In this document: one piece after another, positions 1 through 11,026 of the stretch | How positions within the stretch are numbered: the first letter of the stretch is position 1 | How the letters are laid out: every line of letters starts with the position of its first letter | Assembly: GCA_035221665.1 (NCBI GenBank) | Contig: CM069147.1 | Coordinates: 25,420,001 to 25,484,000 of the forward strand | DNA: 64,000 nt | From: Okamejei kenojei | Lineage: Eukaryota | Direction: 5' to 3' | Notes under the pieces: generated by a model | Database searches by the model: none | Told to the model about the DNA's origin: nothing | What the model saw: the letters and a program-made list of their open reading frames with translations, nothing else | Translations under genes and position numbers: made by a program

Positions 1-189
1 ACATTGAAATTCTTACACTGCAGCTTCACGGACACGTTAGGTGCAACGGGAACAAAATTAAGCATACATTAGATCATTTGTTAATCTTCGTAAACTGAAC
101 TATGATAGTGCAAAGGCCAAAGCAGTAGAGCTACTGGAGTAGTGGAAATTCGGTATTAATTTGGTATTGAGGTAGGTTTGTGGGTTAGG

Positions 190-460
190 TTATGCAGGAT
201 GGTTCAGGAATCTGATGGCCAATAGAGATAAACTGTTTCTGAGCCTGGAACCTGGGCCCTCATGCTCTTCTACCTTCATCCCGATGGTGCAAGTGAAATG
301 TAAGCATGGCAATGGTGGTGTACGTCTTTGAATATGTTAGCTGTCTCTATGAAATACTCCTTCCTATAGCTCCATTCGATGTTGGGCAAGTCAGCACCCG
401 TGAAGGACCGTGAAGGGCAATATCGACCACTTTCTGCAGCATCCTTCATTCTCGAGCGTT
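190..460 (-). mobile_element. Degenerate Rex1/Babar-type LINE 3' fragment
   Basis: Resembles the other Rex-type 3' ends in the window (aaactgtttctgagcctgg...ctaccttcatcccgatgg). Confidence 0.45.
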
Positions 461-879
461 CAAACCTTACAGTAAATGGGAGATTGAGATTGCACTAGTG
501 TTCAGGTTACAAAAGTCATGCGTGGAACAGATGACTGTTGGGACTCCTTTGCTTTCTGTCCTCATTTTTTCCTTCTTTTAATTGGCACATTGTTTCTGAT
601 TGTTTGGCGATCTTCCCATGATGTAATCAAAGAACATCTCCTCAAGACTACCGTTTGCCAAATTGACCTCGCCAATTTATTTGGAGATACAACTATCCAA
701 GATTGATGTAATTCTTCCATTATAACTATGATATGATAAATAATATCATGAAAATTACTGAGACCCCACAGCTGCTTTGGAAAGAAAATTCCAAAGGTAA
801 CAAGCTTTTGCATTACAACCTATTCAGCTGAGTGCTAAACTACTTACTTCTTATTATGGGTCTTTAGGTCCTAGCATAT

Positions 880-1190
880 TGATGCAATCACAAAGAAAGT
901 CTAACAACGCCTCTAGTTCCCCAAATTGAGGAGATTCGGCGTATCGGCGAGTACCCTCTCGAATGCCCACAGGTCTGCAATCGAAGGCATACTATTGGTT
1001 GCGTTACTTACTGGTTCAGTGAAGTGGACGTCCCCAAATTTAGGAGGCAATGGTGAGTGCGATCTACAAGAAGCGATGTCTCAACAAGACAGTTAATATT
1101 ATTAAAGAACCACACGACTCTTGGTACGCTCCCACGCTCCCATCTTGCTGCTACTACTGGGATGAAGATATCAGAGGCGGAGAACCGTGT
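880..1190 (+). mobile_element. Degenerate Rex1/Babar-type LINE RT C-terminal fragment
   Basis: Degenerate KK.QQRL.F...LRRFG...IE..L.GC.T.WF-like coding remnants. Confidence 0.5.
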
Positions 1191-1475
1191 CTATTAAGTA
1201 AAGGTTCGTCCTATTAAATAACACTGTTGATCGGTGTGCAATGTTGTGATTGGGTGTTCCAATTTTAGGCACACATTTCTCCCACTTCCCGGCCCACACA
1301 CTACCTCCTCCACGCTCCCCGTTCTCTTCCACCTTTCCTTCGCCTTCACATTTACGGGCCAGCAGCCGGTAATGCCTATCAAGGGGGGGAGGGGGGGAGA
1401 TGGGAAAATCCGTTTCCTGCAGAAGCGGGAGAGATCCAATTATGAACTATCCGACAGATGTAGGGATAATGCATT

Positions 1476-2105
1476 CATAGAAAATAGGTGCAGGAGGAGG
1501 CCATTCGGCCCTTCGAGCCAGCACTGCCATTCAATATGATCATGGCTGATCGTCCGCTATCATTAACCCGTGCCTGCCTTCTCCCCATATCCCTTGACTC
1601 CACTAGCCCCTAGAGCTCTATCCAACTCTCTCTTAAATCCATCCAGTGATTTGGCTTCCACTGCCCTCAGTGGCAGGGAATTCCATAAATTCACAACTCT
1701 CTGGGTAAAAAAGTTTTTTCTCACCTCAGTCTTAAATGACCTCCCCTTTATTCTAAGACTGTGGCCCCTGGTTCTGGACTCACCCAACATTGGGAACATT
1801 TTTCCGGCACCTACTTGTCCAATCCTTTCTATAAGATACCCCCTCATCCTTCTAAACTCAAGCGAATACAAGCCTAGTCTTTTCAATGTTTCCTCATATG
1901 ACAGTCCCGCCATCCCAGGGATCAATCTCGTGAACCTACGCTGCACAGCCTCAAACACAAGGATGTCCTTCCTCAAATTAGGAGACCAAAACTGTACTCA
2001 ATACTCCAGATGTGGTCTCACCAGAGCCCTATACAACTGCGGAAGAACCTCTTTACTCCTGTACTGAAATCCTCTTGTTATGAAGGCCAACATTCCATTA
2101 GCTTT
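1476..2105 (-). mobile_element. CR1 (HER1-like) LINE, 5'-truncated 3' end
   Basis: ORF 1563-1976 (VQRRFTRLIPG...RTRGHSL...FFTQRVVNLWNSLP) plus the typical 3' UTR. Confidence 0.9.
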
Positions 2106-2724
2106 CTTCCGTCGGGGCCTAATCGAACGAGTTTCCTCCCTCATAGACACCACACCGCTTTGCATCGAATTCAGTACGAGGGATCACATCAACCTGGTTA
2201 CCACCAACAAAAAGTTTTTCATTTTACGTCGGTACACGTGACAATAACCTAAACTGAACTGAGTTGAAGCGGCATCCATTGCAAATCAAGTTGCTAGGGT
2301 GCCCCACTTGCAGACGAGAGGCCAGAGGTGTTGTTCGATGTGCAGCTAGAGAGCATGTTTCGCCAGATTTAAACATGGTTTGGCCATCGAAAGCACATGG
2401 CTGTCGTGAGAAAGATGCATTCTAAATATCTGGACAAATCGGGCAATTGTGCTGCTTCAGAGACATCCAGCTCTGCCATTTCAGTGAATATTTTCGCTGA
2501 AAAATATAATTTCCTGTATCTTTACACGGTTATGTTTCATATCAGTGCCTACTATATTCACGAATTTACATTATTATTTAAATTTGCAAAAATACATCCA
2601 GTTTGTATCAGCGTTACTTAATTGGGACTGCGAAGAGAAACCAATAATAATAATGCAGGCTAATGACACTTCATATGTTCTTGAAGGACTTGAACATGAG
2701 AACTGAGGAATAGAACATGAATAC

Positions 2725-2840
2725 ATGGGTTATGCAGGTGACGCAGATGCCATAAAAATGAACCAATATAGTAAACAGCTTGCACGATAGAACAACAATT
2801 ACGACAGGATTCAAAGCTATGTGGATTGTTAATTGTTCAG
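2725..2840 (-). other. Candidate orphan TM exon with a central lysine (NPVVIVVLSCKLFTILVHFYGICVTC)
   Basis: Pyrimidine-rich acceptor atttcattttcatatgtag, open in phase 1, hydrophobic run; weak donor CAT|gtattc. Confidence 0.35.
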
Positions 2841-3519
2841 CTACATATGAAAATGAAATCATAAAGTTAAATAATTATACTTGATAGATTGGATATTTTG
2901 TTTGGAGAGCTGAAGAAGGATCATGATCACGACCCGTCTTCCCTTCCCTTTCACAGGAGCTATCTGGCCTGCGGAGTTACCCCGACACCCCGTTTTTTGC
3001 TCAAGGTGACAGCACGCGCAGTTTCTCGTGTCTCCATTGTGTAAATATCTTTTTGTTCTCGCCTGTATAATTGTGAATCTGTAATACGGCCTATTTACTT
3101 GCCATTCATTGAGTTTGTCTACATTTCCTACCAAAGTTTGGCAGTTATCGATGGAACTTAAAGACCCACCCTGAATGCCTCTTGGAATGTGACAGCAGCT
3201 TGGAACAGAGCGCTTTGCCAGATGAGTGGAAAGACAACAGGTCAAGGTAGATCTAAAGAAGCAATTTTATTCCGAATTCATCATCTTAGTAGTTTAGTGG
3301 TAACTCAATTTCGTCAACGCAATGCACAGTAGGGCTAACGTACAATTGGGACTATTTAACGGCTTTGTCTGGCTTTAGCTGATTTACCTTTGGCGAGTGC
3401 ATGACTATGTTTAAAAGAATCAGGGGAGTGCAGCAGTCATTCGCTAGACATTCGCCAGACATAACCTCTCATATAAATAGAGGTTGCGAGTGATGGGTTT
3501 ATTCGCAGTGGAACGTTTA

Positions 3520-3758
3520 GTTTATTTTAATTTAGTTTATTGTCACGTGTACCGAGGTACAGTGAAAATATTTTCTGTCGCATGCTATTCAATTAGCGGA
3601 AAGACTTACATGATTACAATCAAGCCGCCCACAGTGTACAGATACAGGATAAAGGAAGTAAAGTTTAGTGCAAGTCCAGTAAAGTCTGATTAAAGATAGT
3701 CCGAAGGTCACCAATAAGGTAGATGATAGCACAGTTGGTGATAGGATCGTCTAGTTGC
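3520..3758 (-). mobile_element. Rex1/Babar-type LINE 3' end, left part (continues at 10141-10440)
   Basis: Collinear with the uninterrupted copy at 63255-63800. Confidence 0.7.
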
Positions 3759-3759
3759 C

Positions 3760-4332
3760 TCATGGAGTCATAGAAAGTCATACAGTAATGCAGTGTGGAA
3801 ACAGGCCCTTCAGCCCACCTTGTCCACGCTGGCCAACATGTTCCAGCTACACTAGTACCACCTGCCTTCGCTTGGTCCATATCCTTCCAAACCTGTCCTA
3901 TCCATGTACCTGTCTAACTGTATCTTAAACGATGGGATAGTCGCAGCCTCAACTTCCTCCCCTGACAGCTTGTTCCATCATCCTTCGTGTGAAAAAAAAT
4001 CCTATTAAATCTTTTCCCCTTCACCTTCAACCTGGGCACTCTGGTTCTCGATTCCCCTACTCTGGGCAAGATACTCTGTGCATCTACCTGATCTATTCCT
4101 CTCATGATTTTGTACACCTCTATAAGATCACCCCTCATCCTCCTGCATCCCAAGGGGTAGAGACCCAGCCTACTCAAGCTCTCCCTATAGCCCACGCCCT
4201 CTAGTCATGGCAACTTTCAAGCTTGACAATCTCTTTCCTCTAACATGGTGTCCAGAACTGAACACAATATTCTATGTGTTCTCAATATTCCCACCTACGT
4301 CATACACCTGCAACATGTCCTCCCAACTTGTA
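3760..4332 (-). mobile_element. CR1 LINE 3' part (continues at 9809-10136)
   Basis: ORF 3914-4195 encodes the CR1 C-terminus; ORF 9813-10082 encodes the upstream RT part. Confidence 0.8.
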
Positions 4333-4392
4333 GAAGGGTCTCGACTCGAAACATCGCCCATTCCTTCTCTCCAGAGTTACTGCCTGTCCCCT

Positions 4393-7300
4393 TTCTTTCC
4401 TTTTAAAATCTCTTTATTACTTTTTTTCAAAAACAAAAAACAAAACAACACAAAAAAAATGATAAACATAACAGTGATATTGATACATAGGGATCAGGAA
4501 TACATTAATAATAATTATAACCGAAGTATGAGTCCAGTGTCAAAATACACATTGGTATAGACTTCCCGGTCTCAATGTAAATATAGCTAAGTGTTTAAAA
4601 GATAACTTGTATACATAAAAACAAAAAGATAAAAAGAGAGAAAAAAAGAGAAGAAAGCAGAGAAAACCAAAACCCCCAAACCAAACAAAATCTGGGTTAC
4701 AAAGAATTTCAACAATTTAAGTCCCTGTTTGTCGTCAAGTCCGTTCCACTGTATAAAGGTAAAATAATTATTTTATCGGTTGGAGAGGGAACAATTTATA
4801 TCATGTGAAAATGTTGAATAAAGCTTCCCCAAGTCCTATCAAATTTAACCAAGGGTTCGACAATGTCACTCCTAATTTTTTTCTAAATTTAAAGATGATA
4901 TCGTTTCAGAGTACCAATGAAGTGTGGTAGGAGGATTAGAGTATAATACGATTTAGAAGACTTAGATAATTAGATTTAAATAAATAGATCTTCTGGCAAC
5001 CAATGTAGTAAAAGCAATCAGCCAATGGGCAGAACAGTACAGATAAGTAGAATCTAACATTGATAGCCCATAAATTGCAGTAATAGGTTGCGGTTGTAAA
5101 TCAATACCTAAAACTACAGAAATAGTGTCAAAAATATATTTCCAATATTTTTCCAATGTTGGGCAAGACCAAAACATGTGAGTCAGTGAGGCCACTTCAG
5201 TTATATTGTCACTGATAGCGTTTTATGACCATAAAAACGAGCTAACTTATCTTTTGACATATGAGCTCTGTGAACCATCTTGAATTGTATCAGAGCATGT
5301 CTTGCACACATTGAAGAGGTAATAACTAATTGAAGAATCCTCTCCCATTTCTCTATAGGAAGAGAAATTTGAAATTCTCTTTCTCAGTCATTCTTAATTT
5401 ATCCAATGTATCTATTTGTAATGTCAAAGTCAACTCATAAATAGTCGTTATTAAAACTTTCTGATAAGGGTTCAAATGTAATTTTTCCCCCAAAATTTCG
5501 GTTTGATGTGGTAACGGAAAAGAGGGTAGAGTAGCCTTCAAAGAATGTCTAATTTGTAAATATCTAAAGAAATGTGATTATATTTATTGGAGAGTTGTTC
5601 AAAAGACATAAAAAAACATTCAAAAACAAGTCACGAAAAACTGCTAATCCCTTCCTCCTCCATAACAGAAAAGCTCGATCAGTACTAGAAGGTTGGAAGA
5701 AAATATTAGATATGATAGGACTTGATAAGATAAAATCATTCTATTCCCAAAACTTATGAAATTGAAACCATTTTTGGAATGTATGTCTTATTATTGGGTT
5801 AATCGTATATTTATTCAATTTCATAATTGTACAGGGTAACGAGGCCCCTAGAATAGAAGCCAATGATAGCCCTTGCATAGAATCACGTTCAAGATTTATC
5901 AATCCTGGGCATTGGGTATCTTCTAAATCTTTTGTCCAAAACGATAACTAGCGAGCATTAACTGCCCAATAGTAATATCTATGGTTCGGCAGTGCCAAAC
6001 CACCATCTATTTTTGATTTCTGTAGGTATTTTTTACTTAGTCTGGGATTTTTATTCAATGAAGAAATTTTTGAGTCAATAATATCAAAGAAAGATTTAGC
6101 AATAAAAATTGGTATCATCTGAAATAAATAGAAAAATTCAGGTAGGATAAACTTTTTAATAGCATTGATTTGGCCGATTAGAGATAAGGACATTGGTGAC
6201 ATTTAGTAAATTGTTGTCTGATGCAGTCAATTAGCGGCATACAATTGGCTTTAAATAGATCCCTGTGTTTCTTGGTAATCTTAATGCCTAAATAAGTAAA
6301 ACAGTCGGTAGTCAATCTAAATGGAAACTGTCCATAATTCGAAATTTGATTGTTTATTGGAAAAAGCTCACTCTTACTAAGATTTGGTTTATAACCAGAA
6401 AAACGACTAAATTGATTAAGTAGTGCTACTATTGCAGGAATAGATTTTTCCGGGTTAGAGATAAATAATAACAGACCATCTGTATGAGAGATAGCTTATG
6501 TGTCTTAATCGCATGGACAATACCAAAAATATTAGGGGATTCCCTAATAGCGGTGGCCAGAGGTTCCAAAGCGATATCAAACAATAAAGGATTTAAAGGA
6601 CAGCCCTGTCTAGTACCTCGAAAGAGCCTGAAAAAAGGGGATCTCTCATTATTGGTAAGTACAGAAGCGTGAGGTATATGATATATCAGCTTGATCCAAG
6701 AGATAACTTTAATCTTAAAATGTTCAAGTTTTAGAGAGATCATTGAATAAGTATTCCCATGCTATTCTATCAAATGCCTTCTCAGCATCAAGTGGAATGG
6801 CACACTGGAGTTTTATTTGACGTTGTATATGCAATATTCATTAGTCTCCTAACATTAAAGTATGAGTAATGATTTTTAATAAAACTTGTCTGATCTTCAG
6901 AAATAATTTTCGGTAAAATATTTTCCAATCTCATAGCTAATATTTTTGAAAGAATTTTGGAATCTACATTTAACAGTGATATAGGGCTATATGATGTCAC
7001 TTCAGTAGGGTCTTTATCTTTGTTAGGAAGTAAAGGAATAGATGCTTCATAAAAGGATTGTGGTGATATGTTCATTAAAAAGGCTTCTTTAAAACCCTGA
7101 CATAGCCAGGGGGACAGTAAACTTGATAAATACTTTAAAAATTCAACTGTAAACCCATCTAAACCGGGAGCTTTACAAGAATTTATCAAAAGTATTGCTT
7201 TCTGTATTTCGTCCTTCGTGATGGGTTCATCTAGCAACGGAGACTCATTATGTGGTAAGTTTGGCAAGTTCAGCATCTTCAAAAATTCATGCATTATATT

Positions 7301-9736
7301 GGTATCCGTAGGATATTCTGATTGGTATAGGAAGGTTTAAAATTCCTGGAAGGATTTATTAATTTCATCATGGTCTACTGTCAATGTACCATCCCGTTTA
7401 CTCACTTTAATAATCTGACGTTTGGCTGACCCAGCTTTCAACTGATTGGTGAGTAATTTGCCAGATTTATCGCCATGTATATAAAATTGACTGTTTTTTT
7501 AAGTGGCCACACTTTTCATTTTTTTATTTGTAATAACATTTGAAAACCATGCATCATTTTCCTTCCACTTCACAATTATGCGCCACTTTGTTTTGGTCTA
7601 TCACATAAAATCCCAATAAAATACATTTACGTTTGTGGTTGTAACGTGACAAAAGGTGGAAAAGTTCAAGGGGAATGAATACTTTTGCAAGCCACTGTAC
7701 ATGAGAGAAATATAAAATTATTTGTCATTTGGGTGTAAGAATCTCCAGACTTCTAGCATTCTGGAGTCAAGTAAAAAATTGATGAAACTAATTGATTTAT
7801 TTGGAAGCGCATGATCAAATGCAGATCTGTCCATCAGGGGTTCAAACAGCAATTAAAATCTCCACCCATTATCAAAAGATGTTTGTTTAAATTAGGAAAG
7901 GATGTGATTGACTGTTTAAAAAACCATAACAACTTTTTGGTTTTGAAGAACACCAGTGATCCTCAAAAATCTACCATATGGATCAGAAATGGTTTCATAA
8001 TGAACAAACGAAATTGAGGAGTCAATAAAAATAGAGACTCCTTTCACATTCGCCTGTGAATTTGAATGAAACTGCTGATCTCTCCAAAACTTAAAGAATC
8101 ATTGATTGTCGTCTTTCCTTACATGAGTTTCCTGAACAAAGATAATCTGAGCATTTAGTCTACGAAGAACATAAAAAAATCCTCTTAGTGGGATGGTTCA
8201 AACCATTAACATTCCATGAAAGGAAATTAATAACTTTATCCATATTATTTGTAAAAATCTCATGGAATGTAAAGAGTTTATTTCGTAGACCATAGCAGTT
8301 CATGATACTGGAAGGAGAAAAATCTAAGGCGGAGCCAGAAGTGATGACATTTCAGGCATTTTTGTAGTTCAAATTCTGACCAGATAGAAAAAAGCAAAAT
8401 TCTGCCCAGATAAACTAAAAGCAAAAGCCCCCCCTCCCCCCACCCATGCAAAGCCTGAAACTGACCAGTAGGCAGTCAGTATGCTACCTAAACCCTCCGC
8501 TACCCCCGTCACTCCTAATGACAGCTCCCAATGTAAAAATGAGGTATATTCACCATTCAATAGCCAAAATAAATTAATATTATGATTAAAAAGTATATGC
8601 TAACTGTGAAAAACAAGCACTACTTCATATTGTTTATCCAAAGTCAAAATACGTGCAAACTATGAAAAACAAGAACTGCTTCACCTTGTTTGTCTAAAGA
8701 CAGGGGGAAAGATCCCTCGGTGGACTTTTTAAAAGTAGAAGAGCTGACAAAGACGATCTTAAAAGTTAACATATAATACCATTACATTAAATTAACAGTA
8801 TCTTAGAGAACGTAAAAGTTATGGTTTGATACCATCATACTAAAATTCTAAAAAGTAATTAGAAAATAACACATCCAATTAAATTCTTAATCATTTTCAG
8901 AACGATCTATTGTCAAAATAGGAACAATAACAATCTTCGATTGTAACTCAGTCGGCTATAAAATAACTCCCCGTCGTGGCTTCATCCCCATAAGCCTCCA
9001 GAAAGCTGTAAGCTTCTTGCGGATTGTTAAAAAAAAATCGGTTGTTACCATTAGGGAGTCATATATACTCAGTCTAGCTGGATAGAGCAAAGCAGGGCGC
9101 AGCTGTTTCTTAAACAACTCAGACATTACATTATGGAAAGGCATTCTCAGTCCCATAAGCTCACAGCTGTAATCCCCTTCTTGACCTTCAGGCAAGCCAA
9201 TAATTCGCAGATTCAGTCGACGGCTTCTGTTTTCCAGATCCATGTTTTTAGTCTTGTATTGCTCGAGTGCCCGAGTATTTTCGTTTATTTTCTGAACCAG
9301 TATTTCAATCTTCAAATCTCTTTCCTGACCCAAGGTTCGCAAATTATCAATTTGTTCCTTCTGTTCACGAGATTCATCTTGTAACATAATCAGCTTGTCT
9401 TGAACCTCCTTCAATTTGCTCGAAATTCCTTTCATCATTTCTTCCAAACTGCAGAATCTTGTGTTCATTTCTCCGTTCACTTCGATATTGCCTCTAAAGT
9501 ACCAGTCAGAGGCTGCGTCTTTCCCACGCGCCTTCCTTGGAGAAGCTTTTTTTGCTCTTGTCTCCATCCTTTACACGATTGAAGCGTATAAAAGTGTTAT
9601 CAACACTTTAAAAAAAGGTTAGACCGTGTCTTGAAATCAAGTAATAACAAGTTACATTGAAAAAGTGATAAGCAAAGAGTTAAAAGTTAAGGGAGAAAAC
9701 GACGTTACAACCTTACAGCATGCTACCACCAGGAGA
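4393..9736 (-). mobile_element. Near full-length degenerate L1-clade LINE (ORF1 plus endonuclease/RT ORF2, frameshifted)
   Basis: ORF1 8956-9567 has DLENRSRRLNLRIIGLPEG. ORF2 pieces: KAPGLDGF...PISLLNVDSKILSK, RGTRQGCPL.PLLF, GGLALPN, HMFWSC. A-rich tail near 4400-4680; TSD-like gtccc(g)ct at 4386 and 9737. Confidence 0.9.
7501..7699. mobile_element. Tc1/mariner terminal inverted repeat fragment inside the L1
   Basis: Ends ...aagttcaaggggaatgaatacttttgcaagccactg-TA, matching the fish Tc1 TIR pattern CAGTG..TTGCAAAAGTATTCA and the TA target. Confidence 0.7.
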
Positions 9737-9808
9737 GTCCCGCTTGTTACTCCAACTTTATGTTTCAATCTTCGGTTTAAACCAGCATCTGCAGCGCCTT
9801 CTTACACA

Positions 9809-10136
9809 CCTCTCAACTTCTATACACAATACTCAGACAAGCCTTTTTGACCTCCTTATCTACCTGCGACTCGACCTTCAAGGAACCATGCACCTGCACT
9901 CCTAGACCCAGATGCCTACCATTGAACGTGTAGATCTTGCCCTTGTTAGACATCCCAAACTGCAACATATCACATTTCTCTGTATTAAATTCCATCAACC
10001 ATTCCTCAGCCCACCTGGCCAATCGATCCAGATCCTGCTGCAATCTTTCACAACTATCTTTACTATCTGCAAAACCACTCACTTTTGTATCATCAACAAA
10101 CTTGCTAATGTTGCCCTATATGTTCTCATCCAAATG
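9809..10136 (-). mobile_element. CR1 LINE RT fragment (5' continuation of 3760-4332)
   Basis: LQQDLDRLARWAEEWLMEFNTEKC. Confidence 0.8.
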
Positions 10137-10140
10137 ACAC

Positions 10141-10440
10141 GATAAACGCTGGGAAGATACTGTCACTGGATCTGGACGTATGCGTTTTCATACTTCTGTA
10201 CCTCTTGCCTGGTGGGTGTGGGGAGAAGATGGAGTGTCCGGGTTGAAACCCTACCTTGATTATACCGGTGACTTTGCGAGTCAGCGTGAAATGTAGATGG
10301 AGTTAATGGCGGGGAGATGGTTTGCGTGACGGTCTGGGCTGGTCCACAATTCTCTGCTATTTCTTGCGGTCTTGGATGGAGCTATTCCCACACCACCTGT
10401 GACACATCCCGATAAAATGCTTTATACCATGCATCTGTTC
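10141..10440 (-). mobile_element. Rex1/Babar-type LINE fragment, right part
   Basis: Collinear with 63510-63800. Confidence 0.7.
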
Positions 10441-10903
10441 AGTTTTCATAAAGTATGATGAGTACAGACAGGATAGATATTCAGGGTCCTTATATTAATG
10501 TTGTGGAGAAATGTTTAACTGATGCGCGGATGCTTAAGATGAGGAGTGGGAAAGCGTGGGATAATTATGGACACAGAATGTAGTTACTACCATGGACGAG
10601 CTGGCAAGGAGTTGGTGGAGGCAGACAAAAATACAGCCTTTAACTTGCATTTCCCCCGGCACTCTGATAGGAAAAAATGTAGAGAAATGATCTTATGCGG
10701 TGAAAGGCATTATTGTGCCGAACAACTCTTAACAAGGGTAACATTCATCAGAGTAGATCATCTCTCATAAAAATCCCCTGCTCACTGCGCATTGTCTTGT
10801 AAATGATAATGTATATGTACGATCTGTGACACAATGTTAATCAGGTTTATGTAATTGAAATATCGTTGGCTTTAGAGTGAATGGACGCTTGCTGATTTCA
10901 CAG

Positions 10904-11026
10904 CTATTTAAAAATCCTGATTCCTGCATATTCTGTTTCGTTGTTCTTCACCGTTCTTGGATGTTTCAGAGAAGTGGTGAGATCCAGAGTTGTATAGGTC
11001 AGTTTATTTTCTGACACTTCTTGGAC
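10904..11026 (-). CDS. Gene A exon 7, terminal cytoplasmic exon (LTYTTL ITIM, TEYAGI ITSM, stop)
   Basis: Acceptor atttttcgatag; encodes VQEVSENKLTYTTLDL...NETEYAGIRIFK-TAG. Confidence 0.87.
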   Translation of the reverse strand, partial: VQEVSENKLTYTTLDLTTSLKHPRTVKNNETEYAGIRIFK

